This document shows, in pieces, positions 1 to 9,259 of a stretch of DNA of 36,886 nucleotides. The notes under the pieces were generated by a model. It saw nothing but the letters and a program-made list of their open reading frames with translations, was not told where the DNA came from and searched no databases. The stretch is from positions 1-36,886 of the IMG/VR virus record IMGVR_UViG_3300020431_000302. One strand, given 5' to 3'. Source of the DNA: a virus. Taxonomy: Duplodnaviria; Caudoviricetes. Made by a program: the position numbers and the translations under genes. Position 1 is the stretch's first letter, and each line of letters starts with the position of its first letter.

Positions 1-290
1 TCACCATATACTCCAAGAGCATCGGAGACGGGGACGCCAACTCCTGCCTTACCAGAGAACTGGGTGTCAGTATCTTCTCCATCAACAGCAACGATTGCGG
101 GACCAGCCTGAACATAGTAGGAAGCAGTTCCTGCTTCTCCTTCAAAACCTACGTGCAGGTCTGTGGTAGCAGCGGTGTAATCATCACCAACCCAACCAGC
201 ATTAGTTTCGATGTTGACATAGGGTCCAGCAAAGGCAGCGCCTGCGGACACAGAAAGAGCAGCAGTTGCTGCGAATACGGATTTGAACAT
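1..290 (-). CDS. Cyanophage outer-membrane beta-barrel (porin-like) protein, 3' end outside window
   Basis: Not in the ORF track. Manual translation from ATG at 290: MFKSVFAATAALSVSAGAAFA|GPYVNIETNAGWVGDDYTAATTDLHVGFEG...YYVQAGPAIV..., a signal peptide ending in AFA followed by amphipathic beta strands. AAAGGT RBS upstream. Confidence 0.8.
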   Translation of the reverse strand, partial: MFKSVFAATAALSVSAGAAFAGPYVNIETNAGWVGDDYTAATTDLHVGFEGEAGTASYYVQAGPAIVAVDGEDTDTQFSGKAGVGVPVSDALGVYG

Positions 291-437
291 TTTTTGTTTA
301 CCTTTTTGTCTCGTAGAGATTAACCTACGGATGTTAAGAGACTCGACTTGTCTCTGATTTTATCATTTAAAACCTTGCTCAAGTTTGCGGAGATTCGGTT
401 CTATTACTTAGTGTTAAGATAACCCCTAACACAAGTA

Positions 438-445
438 TATTTATA
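438..445 (-). promoter_or_regulatory. T4-type late promoter TATAAATA
   Basis: Exact TATAAATA on the minus strand, upstream of the OMP gene. Confidence 0.75.
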
Positions 446-473
446 ATATAGCAGACCCTATAGGATCTGTCAA
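445..473 (-). promoter_or_regulatory. Sigma70-like promoter
   Basis: TTGACA (473-468), 17 nt spacer, TATATT (450-445). The spacer region contains the hairpin CAGATCC-TATA-GGGTCTG. Confidence 0.75.
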
Positions 474-1294
474 GTCCCCTCAGCATATGTTGGAGGACTC
501 TCCTGTTTTGGTGATGGTTCCACTACCCTGCCAAGATATGGATCAAAATCCATCAGCTGATCAACAGTCATCTGGCATCCTTGTTGCTGCCAGTAGTTTA
601 ACTGAGAGTCATAATTGCCCTTATGGAAGACATCAATATGTTCAGGGTGAATACTAGAACCTAATTCAATACGATAAAGCAAAAGAGGAATAGAATAAGC
701 ATTGCCTGAGTTATAGAGGAGATCATCAGCAACAGGACGTGGTCTGACTCCATTATCAAGTTTGTACTTATCTCCCTTGCAATGAAGATCAATCATCTTC
801 TTAGCATGATGTCTTGTAATAAGGTAACAAGCAGTAGAAAACTCATTCACAAATCTTTTATGAATCCTTACATGAAGATCACCAGTACATATGATAGCAA
901 TCTGAACTACATCCCAATCATATGGAATTTTGCAGAACCAGTCCTTCCAAGTAAAGTTCCAGAAGCGAACTAAGTCTAGATTGCAATCATCTTCCATTAT
1001 GATTGCATATGGAGATTCACTATTGTAATAGAAATCCTTAATTGCTTTGAGGTGAGAGGTAGTACAACCAATCTCACCAGAACTCATAAGGTCTGGATAC
1101 CTACCTTTAAGTATATCTCCAAGGTCATCTTCTCTGCCATCATAAGCAGAGATTCTCTTGTAGTTTTCAATCTCCCAATACTTAAACTGATCCTTCATGT
1201 ACTCCCATCTCTCAGGTTGTCCATCAAGATTGATACAATAGATAGGACCAATTCCTTTCAACTTGTATACTGATTTGTTTTTATCTCTATCCAT
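470..1294 (-). CDS. Glycosyltransferase family 25 (LPS biosynthesis type)
   Basis: YCINLD..PER, RISAYDG, GEIGCTTSH, IMEDD motifs typical of GT25. Confidence 0.88.
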   Translation of the reverse strand: MDRDKNKSVYKLKGIGPIYCINLDGQPERWEYMKDQFKYWEIENYKRISAYDGREDDLGDILKGRYPDLMSSGEIGCTTSHLKAIKDFYYNSESPYAIIMEDDCNLDLVRFWNFTWKDWFCKIPYDWDVVQIAIICTGDLHVRIHKRFVNEFSTACYLITRHHAKKMIDLHCKGDKYKLDNGVRPRPVADDLLYNSGNAYSIPLLLYRIELGSSIHPEHIDVFHKGNYDSQLNYWQQQGCQMTVDQLMDFDPYLGRVVEPSPKQESPPTYAEGT

Positions 1295-2231
1295 GAATCA
1301 CTTTTTCAATGTTTGGCAGGAAGTATTCACTTAGCATTCTAGACCATTCAAACTGTTTTGCATAGTCCAGAATCTCATCTCTATTGTTTACTGAGTATTC
1401 TCTGTTCTCAATAATCCTTTGTTCCACATATTCTAGATTATCAATCTTATTTTCTGGAATAACTGTGATGAACTTCTTGGTGGTATCTAGGTTGGCAGTA
1501 GCCCATTCACTAATAACCACTCCTAGACCAGCAGCAAATGCTTCAGGACAGACTAGAGGGTGGGCTTCACCATCAGATAGGAGGACAAGGTTACCATAGG
1601 AACTTAGCATCCTGTGTAGTTTATCCTTATCCCACTCTCCCAAGTAGTTCTTTGCCTTATCAAATCTATTATCAGCAATGTTACCAGCATACCAGAGAGA
1701 ATCAATACTTTGAAACAAATGTTGTCTCTTTCTAGAATCTACTTTAGCAAGGTAGATGGATCTATCCCTGTTATTTGGTTCATGTGTTACCTTAAACTTA
1801 CTTAAATTTACACCATTGGGATTTAGAAACAATCTATCCCTAGGAATACCAGCAAGATTGTGGTAGACATCATTAATTCCCTCAGATAATCCAAAGACAT
1901 TAGGTTTGATTCTAGTAAACTCATCAAATACTCTCTGTTTATATCCACCCATCATTTGAGGACGTTCAATATAAGCAAAGTGAGTGGTTACAGCACAGGG
2001 ATACTGAATGTATGGATATAATGGAACCCAATCATCATAATTGATATGAACAAAGTCAGGACGAAACTCATTGATCATCTGAATGATCTGTCTAGGGTCT
2101 CCCACATTGATAATCTGAGCACTATGACCTAACTGTCCTAGTGCAACCTTCATGTCCCATATTAGGGATTCAACAGCACCCCATCCCTTAGGTGGGATGG
2201 CAGTGTTAGGTCCAATAATACTGATATTCAT
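1287..2231 (-). CDS. GT-B fold glycosyltransferase (GT4-like)
   Basis: IPPKGWGAVE N-terminal motif, NPNGV, EAHPLVCPEAFAAGLGVV (EX7E-like). Confidence 0.8.
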   Translation of the reverse strand: MNISIIGPNTAIPPKGWGAVESLIWDMKVALGQLGHSAQIINVGDPRQIIQMINEFRPDFVHINYDDWVPLYPYIQYPCAVTTHFAYIERPQMMGGYKQRVFDEFTRIKPNVFGLSEGINDVYHNLAGIPRDRLFLNPNGVNLSKFKVTHEPNNRDRSIYLAKVDSRKRQHLFQSIDSLWYAGNIADNRFDKAKNYLGEWDKDKLHRMLSSYGNLVLLSDGEAHPLVCPEAFAAGLGVVISEWATANLDTTKKFITVIPENKIDNLEYVEQRIIENREYSVNNRDEILDYAKQFEWSRMLSEYFLPNIEKVIHG

Positions 2232-3199
2232 TTGATAATGCTTTCTACATTTTTCACATACTTGTCAATCAAAGTAGTCAATGAGAATGTTTTCATCCCA
2301 TACTCTCTAATATCTTCTCTGTTGGTGCATGAATATTCTCTATTCTCTTTGATCTTTTGATTGATATAATCAAAGTCATTCAGATACTCATCAGGGATCA
2401 CAGTAATGAACTCTTTGTCTACATCAAGTTCAGCAGCGCTATGACGTGAAATCACTACACCAAGTCCAACTACCAATGCTTCTTTGATAGCAAGAGATGT
2501 TCCATTCTCACCATCAGAGAGTAGAACCATATTAGCATACTTGGTCAGATCTCCACATAGTTGATCTCTTCCCCACTCACCTTTGTAACTATCTCTATTC
2601 TTATCAAACAGGGTTCCAGGTTCAAACTTTCCTACAAAGTCAACACCAATCAAATCTTGATATGTGTCTTGTTTCTTTCTAGCAGAGATCTTACCCAAAT
2701 AGATTGACCTATCAGTGTAAGTAGACTCTTTATCATATGTGAACTCAGGATCATTGGTTCCTTCCATCAACCAGAAGAGTCTATCCTCTTCCCATTCATG
2801 CTTTTTATACCACTCAACATCCTTAGGTGATACAGCAAAGTTATAATATTTTTCCCTATTCTGAATCATCCAGTCAGCAACTCTCCAATATCCATCCTTT
2901 TTGTGCCAGTCAGGTTGGTCAATATACGGATAGTGGCTGCTGAATAGGATAGGACACTTCACCTTCCCATAAAGAAAGTCTATCACAGGATAGAACATAT
3001 CATAGTGAATATGAATTACATCATAGTCACCTTCAAGACATTCCTTAGCAATCTCATTCATATCAGGAACATTGATAATATCACCTTCATGACCCATTTC
3101 ACCTAATACACATGCCCTGTCCCACATCTGTCTTTCCAGAGCGCCCCAACCATCAGGTGGAATAGGCATTATGCCTGGTCCAACTAAACAGATCTTCAT
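2228..3199 (-). CDS. GT-B fold glycosyltransferase (GT4-like), paralog of 1287..2231
   Basis: MKICLVGPGIMPIPPDGWGALE; ENGTSLAIKEALVVGLGVV. Start moved to 3199, which gives an ATGA overlap with the upstream stop. Confidence 0.8.
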   Translation of the reverse strand: MKICLVGPGIMPIPPDGWGALERQMWDRACVLGEMGHEGDIINVPDMNEIAKECLEGDYDVIHIHYDMFYPVIDFLYGKVKCPILFSSHYPYIDQPDWHKKDGYWRVADWMIQNREKYYNFAVSPKDVEWYKKHEWEEDRLFWLMEGTNDPEFTYDKESTYTDRSIYLGKISARKKQDTYQDLIGVDFVGKFEPGTLFDKNRDSYKGEWGRDQLCGDLTKYANMVLLSDGENGTSLAIKEALVVGLGVVISRHSAAELDVDKEFITVIPDEYLNDFDYINQKIKENREYSCTNREDIREYGMKTFSLTTLIDKYVKNVESIIK

Positions 3200-4110
3200 T
3201 TCAAATTTCTCCAATAATCAAGAGTATCATTAATAGTTTCTTCTAGTGAGATCTTAGGTTCCCATCCTAGAAGTTCTTTTGCCTTATTTATATTTCCCCA
3301 GATAATTGGTTCATCAGTAGGTCTGAATAGACTTTCATCCTGATGGATATCTCTATCTCCTACAATCTTACGAATGATTTCAGAGACAGCATATGTATTT
3401 GTTGCACCTAGATTTATAGTAGTATTCTTAATTCCTTCACATAAAATTAATCCCTCAACAAGATCTCTAACATCTACAATAGACCTAATTGCATTAAGGT
3501 TACCAACAGGAATAGATTCCTCACTAGTCACAACTCTTTTGCAGACATCAGAAATAAGATCAGCAGTCTTCCTAGGACCAGTACAGTTGAAAATGCGAAC
3601 ATTCACATAGTCAATACACCCCATCTCATAGTAATTCCTAACTAAATGTTCCTGAGCCAACTTACTTGTTCCGTATGGAGACAAGGGTTTAGTAGCAGAC
3701 TCTTCATCAGGTGGGACAGACCAATCAATATCACCATACACTGCAGATGAAGATGCATTAATAATAAGAGGTCTATGTTTTAAGACTCTACATGCTTCTA
3801 ATAGATGTTGAGTTCCAATGATATTTGTTTTGAGTGTATGTTTTACAAACTTGAATGAAACATCTGGTCTGCTCTGCGCAGCAAGATGAAAAATGACATC
3901 AGGTTTGAATAATTCAATAGACCTGAGTGTGCTTGAAAAAGAAGTAAGATCTAGTTGGACTTGATCATCCAACTCTTCCATATACTTATCTCTATCATCA
4001 ATAGTTGGTTGGTGATATGTTGCTAGTACATCACATCCTTTCTGTTTCAAACACTCATGCAAATGAGTGCCCATCATTCCAGCAGCACCTGTAATTAGGT
4101 ATTGAACCAT
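3196..4110 (-). CDS. NDP-sugar 4,6-dehydratase, GDP-mannose/GDP-heptose dehydratase type (Gca/WcbK-like extended SDR)
   Basis: ITGAAGMMGTHL, HLAAQS, SSSAVYG, YGTSK (YxxxK), RIFNCTGPRK, RPTDE. The GMMG and FNCTGPRK signatures recall Gca/WcbK enzymes from heptose clusters. Confidence 0.78.
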   Translation of the reverse strand: MVQYLITGAAGMMGTHLHECLKQKGCDVLATYHQPTIDDRDKYMEELDDQVQLDLTSFSSTLRSIELFKPDVIFHLAAQSRPDVSFKFVKHTLKTNIIGTQHLLEACRVLKHRPLIINASSSAVYGDIDWSVPPDEESATKPLSPYGTSKLAQEHLVRNYYEMGCIDYVNVRIFNCTGPRKTADLISDVCKRVVTSEESIPVGNLNAIRSIVDVRDLVEGLILCEGIKNTTINLGATNTYAVSEIIRKIVGDRDIHQDESLFRPTDEPIIWGNINKAKELLGWEPKISLEETINDTLDYWRNLK

Positions 4111-4742
4111 GACTTAAATTTCTCCAATCTTTCTGGGGTTCCTATGTCGAACTTTTTAGAATGTATGACCTCATAGGAAAGGTCTATATTGGGTAGTATA
4201 TCATACTCTATGCTGATAGGGAAACCAAAAGGTAGATTTAAATCTTTCTTATAGAACTTGTAGATACCAACATTGACTAATTTATTTTTTCCCACTGCTT
4301 CTTGATTCTTTTCTACAAACTTTTTAACTTTACCATCCTTTCCCTCAACATATCCCTCATCACCCATAATTGTTTCTTCACTTACAAAAATGGTAGTTGA
4401 ATTAACATCCACATTGATGTCATCAGCAAAGAATGTATCACCATTCATGACGTAAAAGGATTCTGGTAGATCAACTTTCTTTAGCCAACCACCAGTTCCT
4501 GTGAGATATCCCTCATTGAAGACTTTGCAATTGAATCCTTTATACCATTCAGCATTTAGTTCTGAGCATACCAAAGTAATATCAAAACCTGATAGATTTT
4601 CTATGACTCTTTGTAAGAATCTCTTTCCATGGATATCTACAAGAGGTTTGGGAGTATCTCCTGTGATTGTTTTGAGTCTAGTTCCTCTCCCTCCAACAAG
4701 AATATAAAGTTTAATCCCCTTTGATAACTCTGTAACTATCAT
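4095..4742 (-). CDS. hddC: Sugar-1-phosphate guanylyltransferase, HddC-like (heptose-1-P or mannose-1-P)
   Basis: ILVGGRGTRL, PKPL, GTGG, VMNGDT, FDIGTPE. Short single-domain NTP transferase. Likely start is ATG 4742. Confidence 0.72.
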   Translation of the reverse strand: MIVTELSKGIKLYILVGGRGTRLKTITGDTPKPLVDIHGKRFLQRVIENLSGFDITLVCSELNAEWYKGFNCKVFNEGYLTGTGGWLKKVDLPESFYVMNGDTFFADDINVDVNSTTIFVSEETIMGDEGYVEGKDGKVKKFVEKNQEAVGKNKLVNVGIYKFYKKDLNLPFGFPISIEYDILPNIDLSYEVIHSKKFDIGTPERLEKFKSWFNT

Positions 4743-5061
4743 CTTCAAAATGTTGTGTAGAAAATTCAAACAATTCAGTATCCTCAATTGCTTTCATCTG
4801 GTGTCTCATACCAACAGGAACATGAAATTTCTCACCTTCATATAGAATTATGGTTCCTGCTGTATCGATATCATCTGTATATCCATAAGTAATAAAAATT
4901 TTACCACTCTGGACATAGAAAACTTCATCTTTGATCTTATGATAGTGATAAGAACACTTCAATCCTTTCTGAAAGAATAACAGTTTGCCACAGTATTCTT
5001 TTTTATTGACTATCCATTTCTCATATCCCCATCCCTTTTGATGGATTTCTATTGCCTCCAT
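4711..5061 (-). CDS. Cupin, phosphomannose-isomerase-like (type II PMI C-terminal cupin)
   Basis: KGWGYE, YCGK, SYHYHKIKDEVFYVQSG, VPVGMRHQM metal-binding cupin motifs. Confidence 0.78.
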   Translation of the reverse strand: MEAIEIHQKGWGYEKWIVNKKEYCGKLLFFQKGLKCSYHYHKIKDEVFYVQSGKIFITYGYTDDIDTAGTIILYEGEKFHVPVGMRHQMKAIEDTELFEFSTQHFEDDSYRVIKGD

Positions 5062-6092
5062 ACATCTACTCCATGTTTTACAAACTTAAATGGAACAATC
5101 CTACCTTTCTCTCTTTTCTTTAATGCTGATATCAATTTGTGTCTATTCTCAAATTCAGTAAAGAGGACCATATGCCCTCCACCACCAGCACCAGAAATCT
5201 TGGCAGCAGTTGCTCCATTAAGCATAGCATATTCATAAGTATCTATTAGAGCAGGAGAACCCACTTTACTGCTAGTCTGCAATTTCAATTTCCAATACTC
5301 ATTCATGAGTTCTGACAACTTCTCTACATCACCAACTAGAAGACTTCTCTTGAACTCTATACACGCTTCTTTAATTTTGTGAGTAACCTCAATAGTTTTT
5401 TCATTTTTATCTAGATTATCAGAAGTTGCTTCAATGATCCTAGCATCAGTTCTAGGTGATCCCACATAATATAGAACAGTATTCATTTCCAACATGTTCT
5501 GTGTCTTGTGATTCAATCTTAGAGGATTCACAATAGTTCTGCCATCCTGTAAGAACTCAATATAGTTGAACCCACCAAATGCTGCTGAGTATTGGTCTTG
5601 CTTACCACCAGGCAAGTCACATATCTCTCTTTCAATCTTCAATGCAGTAGATGCTATTTGATATTCATCATAAGGAATACCATAGTACTCACTGATAGCA
5701 CTCACTAGTGCTACTACAAGGGCACTAGAACTACCAAGACCACTGCCAGGAGGTGCCTCAACATAGGTTGTAATCTTTATAGGTTCTCTGTCTATATTGG
5801 AGGTTAGATACTGATATGCATTGATAAGAAGACTCAACTTAGAGTCAGTATACTCTCCTCTCATAAAACTATCTGAGTATACATCATAGTTTTCACACAC
5901 TCCTAGGTCAATACTATTGAACACCCAATGTTTGTCCCTACAATCACAGATGTATGGTTCTATCTTACAATAAGCATACTGATCTATGGTGCCACTCAGT
6001 ACTACTCCACCATAGTTATTCCAATAGGGGCTGAGATCTGTTCCTCCACCAGCAAGACCAAGACGAAGGGGTGCTTTTGCAAATACAGTCAT
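5049..6092 (-). CDS. hddA: GHMP sugar kinase, D-glycero-alpha-D-manno-heptose-7-phosphate 1-kinase-like
   Basis: AKAPLRLGLAGGGTD, PPGSGLGSSS, GGKQDQYSAAFGGFN, KISGAGGGG. Confidence 0.82.
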   Translation of the reverse strand: MTVFAKAPLRLGLAGGGTDLSPYWNNYGGVVLSGTIDQYAYCKIEPYICDCRDKHWVFNSIDLGVCENYDVYSDSFMRGEYTDSKLSLLINAYQYLTSNIDREPIKITTYVEAPPGSGLGSSSALVVALVSAISEYYGIPYDEYQIASTALKIEREICDLPGGKQDQYSAAFGGFNYIEFLQDGRTIVNPLRLNHKTQNMLEMNTVLYYVGSPRTDARIIEATSDNLDKNEKTIEVTHKIKEACIEFKRSLLVGDVEKLSELMNEYWKLKLQTSSKVGSPALIDTYEYAMLNGATAAKISGAGGGGHMVLFTEFENRHKLISALKKREKGRIVPFKFVKHGVDVWRQ

Positions 6093-6093
6093 A

Positions 6094-6933
6094 CTACTCT
6101 TTGATATAACAGACTTTTTCTAACTCTTTAACCACATTTGGTTCTAGACCTCTTGTAATATCACTGGTATAGAACTCCTTGATATCATTATGAAACAAGA
6201 AAACTTTCTCAAACTCAACATCATCAGGGTTCTTACCATAGAAGTTTCCATTCTCAAATTTGAGAGGCATCTGATTATGATTAGAACTATGATTCATAGA
6301 TCCATTAGCAAACTTATAGTTGCCTTCCTTATACAAGGATAGAGCCAACAATAGTTCATCAGTTATACCCTCAGGACACTGACCACCTACAAAGATAGCA
6401 TCAAACATCTCAGAAAATGTCTTGAAGATGTCATCATGAACTCCCTTCTTAAACAAAAACACACCTGATGCAATGTATCTCTGATATGCATTGCTCTCAT
6501 TAAGATAATCTTTGATAGATGGAGTGTATACTCTTACCTTATTAAAGTAATCTTTAACATCATTCAACCACCAGTGTGCGCAGATAAGAAACTTATCTTC
6601 AGAATATTCAATGAGTTCATCTATTCTATCATTTACAATCACTGTATCAGTATCCATATAGATGCAGTAATCAGTTTCAAGAAACTCATAAAGATGATAT
6701 CTCATCTTCCAGATGTGTGGTTTGAACCACTCATCACCTTTTCCTTCTTGGACAGGATAGTGAATGATTCTCACATTCTCTTGTTCATCAGAGTCACTGA
6801 GTCTGCCATCAGCATCCAGAATGAGAATCTCATGGTCCTGTTTGATCCTTTCCAAGGATCTCAAAGACCTTAATAAATTCTCATAATGCTTATCTGACCC
6901 ACCAACAATATAACCAAATGTTATTTTAGACAT
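6094..6933 (-). CDS. Putative GT-A fold glycosyltransferase (GT8-like)
   Basis: IYMDTDT DxD motif, ASGVFLF, TDE motif, operon context. Confidence 0.6.
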   Translation of the reverse strand: MSKITFGYIVGGSDKHYENLLRSLRSLERIKQDHEILILDADGRLSDSDEQENVRIIHYPVQEGKGDEWFKPHIWKMRYHLYEFLETDYCIYMDTDTVIVNDRIDELIEYSEDKFLICAHWWLNDVKDYFNKVRVYTPSIKDYLNESNAYQRYIASGVFLFKKGVHDDIFKTFSEMFDAIFVGGQCPEGITDELLLALSLYKEGNYKFANGSMNHSSNHNQMPLKFENGNFYGKNPDDVEFEKVFLFHNDIKEFYTSDITRGLEPNVVKELEKVCYIKE

Positions 6934-7553
6934 TACTCAGGTTTGATATAGGACCAACTCTTATATGAAGCTTCTGAAGTCATCCAGATATCCTGAACAA
7001 CGTCTGCAAAGTATTCTTCCAGAGCACCTTCAACATCAAAGAATTCATATGCTTCATTGTTGGGTTCACAGAAACAATCATGTCCTGAAATGATACCACC
7101 CTTCTTAAGTTTAGGATACCATGCAGTAATATCACTCAACACTGCTTCCTTAGTATGATCTGCATCAATATAGATCCAATCAAAGTATTCATCTTCAAAC
7201 TCTGCTGCTCTCTCCACAGAAGCACCCTGGCATAATGTAACCTTAGGATTACTACCATATCTTTCAATGACACGTTTGTGTCCACGCTCCACCTGTCCAT
7301 CACGATTACGAAAGTAATCATCATTACCATCTGTTGACCAGAGATCAACACAATAGAACTCAGAAGTTACAGATTCGAGTTGAGGATAGTAGATATCAAG
7401 ATAACCACCATACTCTACACCAATTTCAACAACCTTAAGATCAGTCCTACCATCAGTAGCAAGACTATCTTTGATTACTGTAGGTAGATGTTCACGTTGA
7501 AATTCAAAATGTTTGTAGCGAGGATCAATCTTAAATCCAAATGGGTTGTTCAT
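6933..7553 (-). CDS. Class I SAM-dependent methyltransferase (Methyltransf_24-like)
   Basis: VEIGVEYG, YIDADH, KLKKGGIISGHD. Confidence 0.82.
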   Translation of the reverse strand: MNNPFGFKIDPRYKHFEFQREHLPTVIKDSLATDGRTDLKVVEIGVEYGGYLDIYYPQLESVTSEFYCVDLWSTDGNDDYFRNRDGQVERGHKRVIERYGSNPKVTLCQGASVERAAEFEDEYFDWIYIDADHTKEAVLSDITAWYPKLKKGGIISGHDCFCEPNNEAYEFFDVEGALEEYFADVVQDIWMTSEASYKSWSYIKPE

Positions 7554-7562
7554 TTTTTTCTC

Positions 7563-8477
7563 CTAGATCAGTTTCAATAAACCTTGTGCACGATTGACAA
7601 ATGTATGTTCTTTACGAATCACATTCATCTGATGTTGAATCCTATCAATATCATTCTTATGTTCCAAACCAAGTTGGAATAGTTCTGGGATGCTCTCAGA
7701 ATATAGAACAGAATCATCAATAAATTCTTGACTAATCTTTGAGTTTGTCATACCAAGTTGACCAAAACTAATTGCTTTCATCAACCTACATCCAATGTAT
7801 CCCCATTTCTTATGAGTCCTGTTTCTAAAATCAGGACACATAAAAGATTGTTGTGTGAGTTTTACATTATCCTCCTCACTTAAAGGATTTTGCCATGGGT
7901 CATTGACAGCAGTCTTCACTCCTATTTTAGCACAACATTCTGCAAATTGCTGAATGTATTCTGCATTGGCAAACCTACCACTACTAGAAATACTTCCTAG
8001 AAAGTTATAAGTATCAGACCTTTCAATCTTTGCCCATTCAAGATCAATCTCATCTGGTAAGAGATTAGTAGCCCAAGCCATATAGATGATCTCATAGTCT
8101 CCAGAATTCCTTTCATGGAGCACACCCTTATCTAGCACATCACAATTGGACCTATCCAGAACAAAACTATAATTGTCTGAATCCATCTTATCCATCAGAT
8201 ACCTGACGTCAATAAGTTTCTTGACTTTGCCAATATACCTTTCTGGATTCACACATACATGTACAAAGTATGTGCTGGTCTTTCTCAAAGGCATCTTTGA
8301 GTCTGCAAATCCTTCAGTGAAGAACAGACAATCCTCATAGTCAAAATCTTCTGGATACTCACCATCATGAAACCAATGTGTTTCATATCCTAGACTCTCA
8401 AATGCTTTGTATACAGCAGCATGAGTATATGAATGGGTATGAGTATGTAAAGGATACCCCCAGATAATAACTTTCAT
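7563..8477 (-). CDS. Putative glycosyltransferase (CgeB/GT-B-like C-terminus)
   Basis: FLGS, GYIGCRLMKAISFG, C-terminal KEHTFVNRA motif, operon context. Confidence 0.5.
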   Translation of the reverse strand: MKVIIWGYPLHTHTHSYTHAAVYKAFESLGYETHWFHDGEYPEDFDYEDCLFFTEGFADSKMPLRKTSTYFVHVCVNPERYIGKVKKLIDVRYLMDKMDSDNYSFVLDRSNCDVLDKGVLHERNSGDYEIIYMAWATNLLPDEIDLEWAKIERSDTYNFLGSISSSGRFANAEYIQQFAECCAKIGVKTAVNDPWQNPLSEEDNVKLTQQSFMCPDFRNRTHKKWGYIGCRLMKAISFGQLGMTNSKISQEFIDDSVLYSESIPELFQLGLEHKNDIDRIQHQMNVIRKEHTFVNRAQGLLKLI

Positions 8478-8485
8478 AATAACTC

Positions 8486-9259
8486 CTAGATAAGATCAAC
8501 CTGAAGGTCTTCTGTTTTCTCTTTGATAATTTTCTTTTGCTCATTGATATCTATACCACTTCTCTTCATCAAATAAACACCCAAGTCTAAAATTTCACCA
8601 GGAACTTTCTCCTCAGAAATAGAGTGTAGCATAAGTTCATGCATATGTCTCAGTCCATTCTCATAGAATGGAAGAATCTTCTCATAAGTTTTATTGATAT
8701 GCCTCATATACTTAGGTGGTCCAAACCAGAACCAGTCTTGATAATGTCTATCACCTCCACACTGCAGAGATCCATCCATCATATAAACTTTATCTATATC
8801 ATAATCAGAAAAATTAATTGGTTGTTCAAAAGTTAAGTCAGTTCTTGCTCTTACAACTAAGTCATAGTCATCCAGATTAGGATGAGACATAGACCAATGA
8901 ATTGAATACCATTGACTCCTCTGTCTTGTCACAATACTACGAATCACATCTATATCCATAGATGAATCAAACAAACTAGTAGTAGGAAACTTATCATAAC
9001 CAAAAAACTCTTTTGGTTTATGTGCTTCTACAAAAGTCCATTCAGGTTTGAAGAGTTCTTCAAATTTATCCATAGGACTGTAGTCTTCTGGATACTTGTC
9101 CTTACTTTCCCATACAAATGATTTGCCTTTATATGATTCATCCCACCACATGTGAGCAAATACATCTACATCATTATTACTCAGAATGTTTTTACTAAAC
9201 TGTTCATATGATTTCTCAACATATCTGGGTTGACCAGAAAAACATAGTGCTATTTTCAT
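8486..9259 (-). CDS. Conserved glycan-cluster protein (MKIALCFSGQPR family), possible GT-A transferase
   Basis: KIALCFSGQPR, DVFAHMW, YDLVVRARTD, DWFWFG. Confidence 0.55.
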   Translation of the reverse strand: MKIALCFSGQPRYVEKSYEQFSKNILSNNDVDVFAHMWWDESYKGKSFVWESKDKYPEDYSPMDKFEELFKPEWTFVEAHKPKEFFGYDKFPTTSLFDSSMDIDVIRSIVTRQRSQWYSIHWSMSHPNLDDYDLVVRARTDLTFEQPINFSDYDIDKVYMMDGSLQCGGDRHYQDWFWFGPPKYMRHINKTYEKILPFYENGLRHMHELMLHSISEEKVPGEILDLGVYLMKRSGIDINEQKKIIKEKTEDLQVDLI

